The translations under genes were made by a program, and so were the position numbers. The notes below the pieces were generated by a model. It was given only the letters and a program-made list of their open reading frames with translations, did not search any database and was not told where the DNA came from. Shown here in pieces: positions 39,890 through 53,094 of a stretch of 64,000 nucleotides of DNA (the stretch's first letter is position 1; each line of letters begins with the position of its first letter). Source of the DNA: Paramecium tetraurelia. Taxonomy: Eukaryota. The stretch is taken from NCBI GenBank assembly GCA_000165425.1, contig CT868653.1, positions 248,001 through 312,000 of the forward strand, read 5' to 3'.

Positions 39890-42140
39890 ATGGATTTTTG
39901 TATGATAAATTTGTAAAAAATCGCAAAAGATTAATTTTCGATGTTCACAACTGAATTAGGAACAACAAATGAAGTTATATGGCTTAATGTAGCCATTACT
40001 AAAGTATACTACTTATTGATTATATATTATTAAGGCAAGTTTAAATAGATAAATAAAGATGATGAATTTCTATTATACTTTCCTGAAATTCTTGAGTTCA
40101 TATAAAGTACTATATTAAAAAGGGCAAAATAATGCTTTCCTAAAACTTATGATAAATTGGAAAAACTTCTTGAATACTATTGTCAAGGTAGTATTCAAAA
40201 GAATAACTAACTGCATGATCTGAAATAATAATTTCAAAACAATTATAATGTTAAGCATTATTAAAAGAAAATATCAGAAATCTATAATAATATTATTGAG
40301 AATTATAATATGGAAGCATTGGAAAACATAAAAATTAAATATCTTTGTGAAGAAAACTTGGAAACCCGTAATAAATTCAAGATTTCTGATGTTCTGTTAA
40401 ATGAAGGTCACAAAATTATAAGGAAGACAATAAAATTTGAAATCTTAAATAGTCTACAAAATTACAAGGAAAGAGATTTTAAAATTTTGAAGACAAAGGT
40501 GAGAAATATAATTTTGAAATAAATTCATGAGGACAGCTTTGTGGGGGGGATTGCAAATAAAGAAATCAATCAAAATCTTTAACTCATTATAGTTTCATAG
40601 TTTTGCAGACTTGTAAAAATTGATAATCCGATTATTGAGATTTTGATAAAAGAACTGGAAAAATAATATGAAATTAAGGACAGAATATAATGGTTCTCAT
40701 TAATAGATCTCGAAGAGGATTAACCTGTAGACTTAAAAGAAAAAATCAAAAGTTTCCAGAACATGGTTGAAAAAGCACAAACATGGTATGAATAGAACGT
40801 TGATGAAGAAACTAATTTGTTAGTTATCTGCTAGCTTTACATGATATTGGCTAATTTTAAATTCAAAAACTAGAAGATATATTTTGGAGAATATGATTCA
40901 GAAGCTAGAAACTCACTATTTATTATTGTTGAATAGCTAAAGGACTTAGAATATGGTTATTTTAATCATGAGATATTGAAGCTGTGCGAAAGTTTGACTC
41001 ATAAACTTCAAACAAAATTTTTTGAAGACATAGATAAAAAGATTTAGAAGGAATAACAAAATGGATATAATAGTGGGGAATTGTTTAAACAAAGAAGTGA
41101 AATACTTATTAACGATACACCCTATCATTTCCTACTACAGGATACGTCTGTTAGTATCTTAAAAAGTCCTACTGCTATAGGAAAAGAGTTTCATTAATAA
41201 CATCAATTATTTGAATTAATTTTGAAATCAAAATAGCCTAATCTTGAAACCAATTAAGAAGAATAAGTACTAACAGTTCGTATTCAGTTCTTAGAAATTA
41301 AGAAGCTGATAATGAATTAAAAGAGACTGGGAAATTATAAATTTGTTTAAACTTTGGAGGAACCAAAATTATTTTATTTTTCACCACTCTCCACAGATGA
41401 AAACAATTCAAATGTTATTACTTTACTGATCTCTGGGTTTCTTAGTAAGAATAGCGATAAATAGGAGTTAGGAAAGCATTTATTAAAGAAATTGTCTGGC
41501 ACAGTTATTGCATTGAATTGGGAAACAAAAGAGATAAAAGACTTAGTATTATAAATAACAAATTTGGGTGCAAAGTAGGATAAATTAGAAATTTTAGACC
41601 AGAGTTTATTTGAAAATCAATTTATTTAAGCAACTCAAGAAGGAACAGTAATTGGTAGATGTTTGGCTCATTTTTTGGATGGAGGAAATGTATTTGGAAA
41701 TAGATAAATAAACATAATATGTCATTCTTTAGGTACTTAAATATTACTTGATTGCGTGCATGAATTGGACAGATTTTCTTCAAAGAAATGTATCAACGAT
41801 ATATTGCTATTTGGTGGAGTTGCTGATATAAATGAATTAGCACAAAGAAGATGGAATTCAGTTTCAGGTTCTATACATAATATGTATATTGAAGATGATA
41901 GAGTTCTTTAATATCTCTTCAAGGTTAACTATATCTTCAAATAGCCTTGTGGTAAGCATTATTTCATAAATAGGTTACAACCCTGTAAAATTTGGATATA
42001 AAAAGATTTACAACTATAATTTAACAGGAATAGTTGACGGACACTCCGGTTATTGGGACAAATTAGATATGATGATGAATATAAGCGATTTGAATAGTAA
42101 TTACAAAGTTTTGGTTAAAGATGTTAAAAAAGTATTCTGA
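39890..42140 (+). CDS. DUF726/TMCO4-like alpha/beta hydrolase
   Basis: ITLLISGFLS, IALNWE, GRCLAHFL, GNRQINIICHSLGTQI (nucleophile elbow), ILLFGG, DDRVLQYLF, GHSGYW. Start is approximate. Confidence 0.78.
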
Positions 42141-42193
42141 TTATTAATAATATTCATATTCATTATTATCTATAATATAATATTATATATATT

Positions 42194-42815
42194 ATGGAGG
42201 ATATAGGATTGATAATACGAAGAATAAAGTGATCAGGGGAACCTCGGTTGAATCTATCTGCTAAATAAATGATCTGTAGAGTTTAAATTAAAGAATAATC
42301 CTTTGATATCCAAATTTTAAACATTAAATGGACGTTTTCATTAACCATAAGTAACTTAGATTTTGAAAAATTTATTTCAATTTAGTCCAGTATCTCAAAT
42401 CAACTAAAACAGGAACAGCAAATAATTCCTGAAGGGTCCAATTAGACAAGTGTAAGACTTATACAGTGCCCTTACTTATTTTTTTCTAGATTTATTATAT
42501 TAACTGAAAATAGTGTTGTTAACACTCTTTATAAAAATCAACTTAGTTGTTGAAACATACGAATCATGTTTTGGAAGTAGATGCTAATGAGTTTGAAGTC
42601 TATGAAATAATTTCCTAAGGTGGTTTTTCTATTGTGCATCGCGGATGTTTTAGAGGCACAGAAGTAAGCACATCAATGCAAATTAGATTGCAGTCAAAAA
42701 GATCTTTAATCCAAAATTACTTAATAATTACTTGATGAAATAAATAATGAATTGAAATGCTCTCTTTATTAAGACATCCAAAAATAATTCTATTAATGGC
42801 TCCATGGACTTTGTT
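42194..42815 (+). pseudogene. Decayed TKL (Raf-like) protein kinase
   Basis: Recognisable subdomains ISQGGFSIVHRGCFRGTE|IAVKKIFNP..LLDEINNE.EMLSLLRHPKIILLMA. There is an early TGA, two 1-nt frameshifts, and no HRD/DFG downstream. Confidence 0.7.
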
Positions 42816-42931
42816 GTCTAATAATTATTAAATAGATGATTGGGTTTAAATTATATTTAAAATAGAATTGCCATGCTGTGTATTGATTAATATATATTTT
42901 TTTAACATAATTATAGTTAATTAATTCAAAT

Positions 42932-43840
42932 ATGAAAACACTCAAAGAGAGGATGTTAAAGATAGACAAAGTATTATGCATACCTATACCAATAGATATG
43001 TCAAAAGCTCAATATCCCTGAATAAAGTAAGGGACTTTTCAAAAAGAGGAAAAACAATTCTTGCATTATGAAGGAACAAGACAAGAACATAAACAATGTA
43101 AGCATGATTAGTTCAAATGCAGGGTGTATCATTAGCAGAACTCAATTGAAAAAGCAATAATCAATCTAGATGTTATAATGTGATACAGTTAGAAGTTAAA
43201 CATTATCCTTGAAATAATTAAAGATGATTCACGAACAAGACTAGATTCAATCCATGCAATCCTAAAAGGAGGAATTACAGAATTAGATTAACTAATTAGT
43301 GTAAATGAAAAAATAAATATAAGAACAAGAGGATAAAAAGAAAAAACAATTTATCACTTAAGACACTTCCCTATTGCCGCAAATGCTGAAATTGCAATAG
43401 GAGAAGTTGTCAATTGAAAATGAAATCACTTAGATTGATTCTAAGATTGAATAAGTCAGATACAGTAACATCAATAAAATACAAGTTCTACAAAAAAGAA
43501 ATTGGAAGGAGGAGAAAAAGGTAACTTTGAGTAAGATTCATATTTATAGTCATTCGAATAAAAATGGTTGGACCTAGAATAAAACGAATCCAAAATGGAT
43601 GACAAATTGTACAACCTCTTCATCCACGATTCTCCACCCTAAGAAGAACAAGTGGATTAATAGACTATAGATACCTTAACCAAAGAAGTAGAAGATCTAT
43701 TATGTTTAAAATTGCCTGATGAATAGGATGATTCATTATTGGAACAAAGTCAAAGAAGCAAATTTAATTAGAACTATTAGTCTCCATTATAAATTATTGA
43801 GGAAGAACAATCCGTCGAATTGTCTTTTTAAAAATTATGA
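42932..43840 (+). CDS. Hypothetical protein
   Basis: Frame from MKTLKERMLKIDK with several tiny introns. Acidic C-terminus, TGA 43838-43840. Confidence 0.5.
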
Positions 43841-44241
43841 ATACAATTTATTAAATAACTAATAATATCAATTAATTAAAATTTAAATGATATATAAAAT
43901 TATTTATCAATTAAATACACAATAAGGAATACCTAATATTTAATAATCAAATTTATCATCCCGATATACTTTGTTTATTACCAATATTTGTATTTTCTTA
44001 AACACTAAGAATGCTTAAGTAAATTTTACGAGCTCTAACCAATTTGTTAGATTTTTTATCTAAATATAACAAAAAATAAATCTTAAACAATTTTAGCAAT
44101 TTCACTTTGTGATAATGAATTCTTAATAATTATCGAAACTTAATCTATGTATGATAAAATGCATGTTAATTGATTAAAAACATAAATTCATTTCGTAATT
44201 TTCTTGATAAATTATTAAATTTTATATAATTGTAGAAACTA

Positions 44242-44818
44242 ATGAGTGATTTAGGTGTTAAAATCGTTAAAGTCCTTAATGCAGGATCTGCGTAATAGTT
44301 ATAGCTTAAATTATGAGTATTGTATTAGCTTTTGCAGGATTTTGGATAGCCATAAGTCAACTAATTAATGGCAATTTTACTATTGCTTCATTTTTTGGGC
44401 CATTCTTCTTTGTGTAAAATTTAATTTCTCAAAGATTAGATTTTTTGGATTCTTATTGGTAGCAAATGAAATAAAATTCGGACATGTTTTGAATGAATAT
44501 GGATTTTTGAAGACGTTTCTCGGAAGAGGATTATTTTATATTTTGTAAGCTATTCCATAGGATTTTAATTTAGTTTGTCAGGAGTTGTGTGTTATGGATA
44601 TTATTCAATAGCAGATAATTACGTGTAATTAATGGATCCAATTAAATTAGGGCTGGCAACATATACGGAACGGTCTTTTTCATCTTAGGAGTATTTTATT
44701 TGCTGATGAATTTTTATGTAATATTTTTAGAGATATCTTTAATAGCCAAAGGGATCATTGGGCAACCTTTCAAGAGTATTATATATATTCACTTAATTAG
44801 TCGTTACAGATTCAATGA
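44242..44818 (+). CDS. COPI-associated / TVP15-like small membrane protein
   Basis: Spliced product contains YGFLKTFLGRGLFYIF and four hydrophobic segments. About six tiny introns. Confidence 0.72.
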
Positions 44819-44872
44819 ACAATCATTAGACATATTTAAATTATAAGAATATTAATATCGTATAAATAATTT

Positions 44873-45821
44873 ATGTAATTCCTTAAAAATGACAAAAGCT
44901 TGATTACGGAATCAAAATAAAAGTCAGAAGTGAGTTCTGAACTATTAAAGTGAATGTACAATTTTATTGATGTAGTGCTGTTGAGATAAAACCAAATGAC
45001 ATATTGATGTTCGATGTTTTGCAAAATTAAAAGAAGATCATTGCATAAGTTGATATTATAAATAAAACCTTACAAGATGTCATGTTCAGAGTTAAAACTA
45101 CATCTCCAGACTTTTACGTTATTTCATATGAAAAAGAGAAGCCAATAGCTACTTAATCGTCTTACACAGTGTCAATTTATATGATGTGCGACGAATCAAG
45201 ATTGCAGCACAGATTGAAAGATAAGTTTTAAATTGAAATAGTTGAGAAATAAAAGTATGATGCAGCAACAAATGAAGATTGCAAGTGGCAAAATTAAGCT
45301 AGAAAACATATTCTTGGAGTGAGTTTAATCAGAAAAGATATTTCTTCTCAAATCTAACAACCCAAGAGTCAGATATTGTATAGTAATATTAAGAGTCACT
45401 CAATTGGACAAACTCCACGTCTTGTGCAATCAAGATTGACCTAGGGATCAGCTGGACTGAATATGGCATTTCAATAGTAATATCAACGTCAAGACAGTTC
45501 TAATTCTATTTCGAATGATGAAAATAAGAATTTAAAATTGAAGTTAGAATCTTTAAAGCAGAAATATTAAGAGCAAGCCAAATTAATAGTAAAAAGTATT
45601 GAATATTCTAGGAATAATATAAATACGACATAAATGAACTTTAGAATGAGATTGATAGAAATGCCTTTATTTATGATTTGGAAAAGAAGTAAGAGGAATA
45701 GGACTAACCTGATCAAATTATAGCTTCTGCAATAAGGGATAAAACAGGAATTCCATTATGGGAGTTATTTGTTGCAGCAACAATATCGCTCATTTTAGGT
45801 GCATTACTGAATAATAAATGA
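44873..45821 (+). CDS. VAP-family protein (MSP domain, coiled coil, C-terminal TM)
   Basis: VEIKPNDILMF..INKTLQDVMFRVKTTSPDFYVI..KDKFQIEI, and tail anchor GIPLWELFVAATISLILGALL. Confidence 0.8.
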
Positions 45822-45832
45822 GTAACACTAAA

Positions 45833-46647
45833 TCATTTCAAACATTTTTATCTTTTTTATTGATAACACTAAGAGACATTCTCCTTATGTCTATCAACCA
45901 TAAACTATAGGAATTCTAATCCTTTTTATATGACTTATTTGTTTAGTGATCCAGGAATTTCGTTGTGTTTTATGAGTTTAGGCATAATGTCTTTAATACT
46001 CTAAATTCTATTTATTGAGTTGGATTTTTGAATTTCTAAATTTTAATCAGTTTTCAAACGAGTTCTTTTCAACTGATTGTTTGTTTTACTTTATCGTTGT
46101 CTATCCGTTGAAGCATTCGTAGAATTGATTTCTTGGAGTGGTTGTAGCATTCTTTTGTTTTATTATTGACTATCTTTGCAAATAACAAATACTTTAATCT
46201 AATTTTAAACTATTCCTTTTTCTACTCAATGATTTATAAGACTTCTGGTTAAAATTTGGGATCATTCAAATTGAATATTCTGTGAGTATCATATTTATAT
46301 TGTTCATTGTGTTATAGAAACTCCATCACTTTTTTTAATTCTTAAATTTTGTTTTAACTTGTCGGAACTCTTGGTGGTCTTAAAACTCAACTTTTGTTTC
46401 TGCTCTAATCAATTAAATCAGCAATAATAAAATTAAATACTTGATTTATTTGTGTCTTAATCTTATCTTCTTTAACATAGACTCACACTTCTTTTCTGTA
46501 ATTGTTGTTTCCGATTAACTATCTCTATAATTTAATTATAAGTAAAATTGAATTACAATTCACTACTTGATGAATCTGAGGTGAGCCCTATTGATCGTAT
46601 TCATGAATCCATCCTGAAATAGATAATTACTAGTGTGATTATTGCAT
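45833..46647 (-). CDS. Hypothetical protein
   Basis: K/Q/N-rich minus-strand frames with GT..AG introns. No recognisable domain. Confidence 0.4.
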
Positions 46648-46989
46648 TTATAATTTTATAATTAGTTGTTAATAATAATAGTTATATTCAAAAAACTCTA
46701 TCAGTTTATGCAATTAATCAATTATATTAAAAATTTACTTGATCTTAAGTGAAATAGCCTTATTTTGCCTCTAACTCTTTTAGGCTGTCTTTTTATCGTT
46801 GTCCATTAAACTATTGGCAACAACTTTTGTGCTAATTGAAATCTATAAATTTCTCATTCTTCATTTGTATGTGAATAATCTAGTTATTCAATCCTCCTAT
46901 TTGGTAATTTGATATAAATTTGAATCAATTGCGTGATCAAATCCTTGCGAGATTTTTGACTAATTAAATTAATAATTTAAATGTTCTAT

Positions 46990-47532
46990 TATATCTTGGG
47001 GAAAGCAGTAATTTATTAGATTATGTGGGTTCCAATGAGTTTTTGGTTTTTTGAAACTAATCCAATTAATTGTTATATTATATCAATTATTTCTTGAATT
47101 AATTGTCATCCTTTCTTCTTTCACATAGTAATATTTTTTCTTCATATGACTATCCCTGAGATTACATCAAATGAGCTATCACAAGTGTACTGGATCTAGA
47201 AACCCCAGCCACGCAATGTACCTGTCAATGTCATAACTATTCTAACCCTTCATACTCAATAAATGTACCAATTTTCAAACCCTCCTATATGACTTCATTA
47301 ACTTGCTTGAAATATTCTAATATACGAAAGGAAGCACTATCATCTATACTTAAAATCTATGATACCATTTAACAGTTATATAATGGATGAAATTCTCTAA
47401 TTTTAGACTAATATTATTGGCTACTGTGATCTCAGTCTGGATATTATTTTGACTCAAAACCTAAGTACTCTTGGCTGCTTTCAAATTCCCTAACCAGAGA
47501 TTGTTTCCAAAGAAGGAGTGCACTTTTTCCAT
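46990..47532 (-). pseudogene. Dual-specificity phosphatase, probably decaying
   Basis: NLWLGNLKAA, IDDS and VHCVAGVSRSSTLVIAHLM are present. The YVK..R..I.PN.GF motif is frameshifted and partly deleted. Confidence 0.55.
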
Positions 47533-47736
47533 ATCATAGGATAAAATTGAGAATCTGCTTATAGATAAATTAATGCAAAATTTTGGATTCAATTTTGTAT
47601 TTTATGGTCATTTGATAAGTATAAATCTCAATTAAACGAAAAGAGTTTGGGATACTTTAAGTGAATATTATGTTTATTTTGAAAAGTAGTTTTATTTAAT
47701 ATTAAATTTTTGTTTTTAATTTTTGAATTCAAAAGG

Positions 47737-49286
47737 ATGGAGGAAATGAAATAAAATTATCTCGATAGGTATCAATATATTCTAAATATTCAGATTAAAC
47801 AATCTTCATTAATTTCTCTATTGTGAATTACCATTAAAGTTGATGAATCACAATGAGGATGAAGTAAATTGAAATTAAATTTTAGACTTGTATCGATCTG
47901 TAAAATCGCCTGTATACATTAATAGAAACTGGATACATCAAGGAAACAGAATCATAGTTATAATAACTCATAGAGGAGAACTATAAATTGCATAACAAGG
48001 AGAATGATAAGTAATTGATCAATGGTCTTTCGACTTCAGAAGCAAGATATGTTAAATAAATAGCTGAGTTGTAACATCAGAGGGATCTTCTCCAGGATGA
48101 ATTAGAAGAAAAAAACTTCATATTAAATTAGATTGAATCCAAAATGGAAAAGTTTGAATTATTATCAGATAACTTAATTAAGGCTGAATAAGCAATTAAA
48201 GAGCTGTCAGATGAGAACATGGAAATAAGCTAGCAATTACAATATGAATAAGAGATGAATTAACAATATAAAAACTAGATAGAGGAACTACAACAAGCAG
48301 TAATGACTAAGGAAGCATCCTAACGTAAGATTATCTCTCCTTCTCAACTCTATTAATTGCACGAGTAAGTGGGATCATTAAGAATTGAGTTATCAGGATT
48401 GTAGGCTGAAGTCAAGATAAGAGTACAAATTTTGGAATAATTCAGAACTCAATTGATGAGTGATTTGGTAAAGGGATTCCACACCATGTTATCAAAAACT
48501 AAATAGGAGTTGCAAGCTGAGACAATTGAAGTTAAGAAGCAGCATTAATAATTAAATGAAATGACTACTTAATAGATCAATAAACTAAGGAAAGATGTCT
48601 AATTTTATAAGGTCCTAGAGGAGGAATATTAAACTAAAATAAAAGAAGTTTTAAATTAGAAATCTGAGTTGGAATCCAGTATTAAGTTAAAGGATGAACA
48701 ATTATCAGATATAGCAAGCAAATTAGATTTGATACAGTAAAATATTGAATAAACTGAATTAAACTTTCAAAATCAATTGATATAAGCAATCAATTCAAAG
48801 GAAAAATACAAAATACAATTAAACAATGCTAAGTAAGGACTACTAACATTGACTGAAAAAGTCTAATCTTTAGTGTCTTTTAATCAAAAATAAATGAAGT
48901 TTATAGAGGAGAACATCTAATTACTGGAATAAACGATTCGAGAAGAGAATCAGGAACTTATAGATGGGTTAAGCTAAGAATTAAATTAAAGCATAGAGAC
49001 TATTAAAAAATAACATTCCAGTATAAAATAACTTGAACTATAATGTTTGAAATCTAATTTCTAAAAGGTAGACTAAACAAATAAAGGCATAGAATAATAT
49101 AAGCAACCAGAAATTATGAACAGACATTTAGATTTAGAGTATTTAAAGAATGATTGTTCATTTATGGGGGAAAGAGTTGTTTACTAGAGAACAGGCAGAT
49201 TAGATGAATAAAGAAAATATTTGGATGATTTAAAATAACTACATAGAACAACAAAATCCTAATTAAAATTGAATAGAAAGTATTGA
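47737..49286 (+). CDS. Coiled-coil hypothetical protein
   Basis: Long E/Q/L/K heptad frame, intron near 47769-47793, TGA 49284-49286. Confidence 0.65.
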
Positions 49287-49383
49287 AATTATGTAATTAA
49301 TTCATATTGATTATTTAATCTATTTATATTAACAATTAATTTAAAGATACCTTAAAATATATCAATATTTGATATTGTACTAT

Positions 49384-51709
49384 TCAAAAATCTTAAGCAA
49401 CATTTCTATACTTAAACTTATATTTTGAACACATCTCAGCATTAGGTAATTCTTCCAAATACCTTTACACATTGGCTTCTAGTAATCCAAATCTATCTGT
49501 GCCACTAATTGTAACCTTAGATTTCTTGTGTTCCTATAGTTCATTGATTTTATTGTAAATGTGTACCTAGTTAATTCAACTAATTTATACCCAACAACCA
49601 GTACAACTATTCTTAATTATGGGATTATCAACATCCTCTTCACTAGTTACTTTGAATAAAGGCTTGCCATCACTTCCTTCTTAGATTTCACAAGTATATT
49701 GGCATCTCTTGCCTTTAGTGAACATACTTGCATGTGTTCTAATACTTTTATATCCTACTGGGAATAAGTTGTGTTCACTATGATAGGCAGGGCTAGGAAT
49801 GATTTTACCAAGACTCACTAATTTGAGACTTGTGCTGACTTGATAAGGCAACTAGATTTCATTCACTCCTCCAGCAGAATTAGGTTTTATTTTCTTCTAT
49901 TAATCATCTTTCAATTCTGGTTTTCTTTTTATATTAGTTTGATCTCTAATCTTCTTAAAAAATGAGCATAACTATTCAATTCTATTGAGTATTTATTCAG
50001 TAGGCATAATGGTGTTGATATTACTTAGAGTGATAGGCTAAAGTCCATTGAATCCAGTCTATGAAAGTGTTGTAATAATTTGAATGTCATGACTCTTTGG
50101 ATCATATTCAGGAATATCAATGAACAATTCCTTTTCAACTTATTAGATATGTTATTAATAGAGTGCCTAATTTTAAGGCAATATATTCTTTCTAATGAAA
50201 TGCAACATGTTTGTTTATTTACTAAACTTTTAACTGTCCTAATAGGAAATCTAGAATTCATCTCCTTATTCTTCTCTAATTTCTCCAATTGATGATGGTG
50301 GTTATTCAATTTCAAGGTCACTGGAATCACTTTCCAAGAATTCTCTCTCTTTATGTTTCATAAGCATCTATTCACATCTTGTTCTAATAGTTTAAACCAT
50401 TTTTTCTAATTGATTCAAGTTTTTATCAAACTTATTGATCTTCAGTATCAATTTGTCTTTAAGTTCTTACCAATTTTGTCTGCCATCAACACCAATAGGT
50501 ACACCATAATCACATAACAAATTAAATAAAGCTTGCTTTTCAGCAATTGACCATGATTTCTCCTCTTCATCATCGCTCTATGCCAAATTATCAAAATCAT
50601 AAAACCCATCAAACTTCTAAATTATCTAAACTAGTTTCTTCACTCTCTTATTCAATGTCTCTGGAAATGGGAACTCTTAATAATTTTGAGCTAAAAGTTA
50701 TAATACAATATATCATACATGTAGATAAATCCTTAAAACACAGATCAGTAGCCTCCTTAATTATTAGATGATTCGTATATCCATATTGATACACTCCTCT
50801 AATCAGATCACTATCATGTTTTCTTGTCCACCAAATAGAAGGTCTTTGTGAATAAAAGGAGCTACTCGGAATGAATCCCAAAAGATAGTCCCATTTTACT
50901 AATTTATCAGTATTCATTTTACATTACGATTTGTCTTTGATTCCTAAGTTTTTCAATTGGTGTTCCTTAAACTTTTTAATAAACTCTCTAATTTTGGCCA
51001 ACATTAGAATTCTCTTACTTATGGATATTAACTTTTATTTTAGATTCTGCAACTCCCAATCCTCTATAATATTGTATTGAATTATACTTTGATTAGTCTC
51101 AATATACGGATCATCGGGATTCTCCTCTATTAAATTTACTATTCCAGCGCCTAAATCATAATTTACCAGTAGTTCGACGATTGATCTTAAAAGGGAATTA
51201 GCAAAAGCTTTAATCTCTTATTTACTCTTGTTAGCAAACTTTAGTTATAGCATTTTGTTCCACCTCCCATAACCAAATTATAGTATCAATTTCTTCAGCA
51301 TCTCCTTCTCTTCCTGTGTCCATTTTGAATATAACGCCTTGTCATGAACTCTATTAAATTAGGTTTAAGCTGCTCGTTATGCTTCATATTTTAGTGGCTC
51401 TCTTAATGGAAGAATAAAAGTATAATAATGTTTGGTACGGCATTCCTTACATGGTATGTATATTCTGCTAAAATTATTCAAAATAGTTTCTTTTGTGACA
51501 ATCTAGTTTTCAACCTATATCTCTGTGTGAGGAATGATTGAGAATTGATAGAGCTCTTCTTAAAGTTTCAATTCTCCAATTATCAATGGATTATTTGGAC
51601 ATTTCATCACTCTGATTCCTCTTGAGGAAGGAAAGTTGGAGAGCTAAGTAGGAAGTGTTTTAATTAGGAATTCTTCTCCTACATAGGATTGTAATTTAGC
51701 ATACAACAT
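49384..51709 (-). CDS. Chromatin protein: FHA-like N-terminus, CHD6-9-type SANT/SLIDE-like modules, FYRN/FYRC
   Basis: WTQEEKEMLKKLILQFGYGRW; PSIWWTRKHDSDLIRGVYQYGY; WSIAEKQALFNLLCDYGVP; LVSLGKII..YHSEHNLFPVGY..YTCEI..PLFKV (FYRN); ISGTDRFGL..LEELPNAEMCSKY (FYRC). Confidence 0.8.
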
Positions 51710-51826
51710 TCAATTAATTTTAATATTATTTTGATTGGTGTAAATATATCATATTGATAATTACAATATACATTAAAATAAATAAATAAATTCTACGGTG
51801 AATTGCATTAAATAATTATAATTATC

Positions 51827-52928
51827 ATGTCAAAAACAAACACTATGAGTTGTTTATGGAAAGAATCCAAAGATGCCAAACCATAGGTCATCAGTGTTCC
51901 CATTCCTACTGTTGAAGATGGTCAACTCTTAGTCAGAATGGATTATGCGCCAATCAATCCATCAGACATAAAATTTCTCTTAGGACAATCTTCATCGAAT
52001 AAACAATTTCCTTGTGTTCCAGGATTTGAAGGATCTGGAACAGTCGTACTTACAGGTGGAGGGATGGCTAGTTGGGGCATGTCTGGCAAAAGAGTAGCAT
52101 TTTACACAAATCACCAATTTGGAACATATGCAGAATATAGTATTGCAGACCCAAATTTGTGTATAGAATTGGATAATGATGTAAAATCAAATGAGGCTGC
52201 TTGTTCATTTGTGAATCCATTAACTGTTATAGGTATGTTGGACATTTGCAAGAAAAATAATGTAAAAGCAGTCATTAACAACCCAGGTGCTTCTCAATTA
52301 GGAAAAATGATGAATCGGTTATTTCAAGAAAAAAATATTAAAGTTATAAATGTAGTTAGAAGAGAAGAACAGATTTATGAATTACGATATGAATGTGGGG
52401 CTGAATTAAACATCAATCAAAATGATCCTGATTTCCTTAAAAAGTTGAAGGATTTATGTGAAACCACTTAGGCATCAATATATTTTGATGCAGTTGGTGG
52501 AGAATAGAGTGGATAGATTTTAAACATTATGCCTAAAGGATCCATATTGATGATGTATGGGACTCTTGATAGTTGGTAAATTGGAGGAATTTAGGCAAAT
52601 GATTTATTTAGGGAATAGAAATCAATTTAAGGGTATTTAATAATCCTTCATTATAGATTTTTTCTGAACCTATGGTTATAAGAGTAAAATAAAATAGAAT
52701 TAATTATGACATTAAAAATGTTACAAAAGTTTATTAAGTCTTCATTAAAAACTAAAATAGCCAAAGAAGTAATTCAATAAATAATATTTAGTTTACTTTA
52801 GAGGAATTCTAATAAGCACTTGATTATTATAAATCTCATATGACTGATGGAAAAACAGTAATATGTTTAAAAAAAGCTATTACATCAAAAAGAGAATATT
52901 CAGATTAACAAAAAAGCTAATCATAAAA

Positions 52929-52984
<56 letters not shown>

Positions 52985-53085
52985 CTTCTAATGAAGCATA
53001 AGATTTTTAAGAAGATGATGACAGTTCTGATTCAGGATTTGGAGAAGGATTAAATGATGTATTGTCTAACTCAGAGTAAAAGTGA
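51827..53085 (+). CDS. MDR-family NAD(P)H oxidoreductase (quinone/enoyl reductase type) with polyQ-acidic tail
   Basis: APINPSD, PGFEGSGTVV, GTYAEY, FVNPLT, GASQLG, FDAVGG, YGTL. Confidence 0.88.
52933..52983 (+). repeat. (TAA)17 trinucleotide run encoding polyglutamine
   Basis: Perfect TAA x17, in frame within the oxidoreductase tail. Confidence 0.9.
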
Positions 53086-53094
53086 AATAATAAA

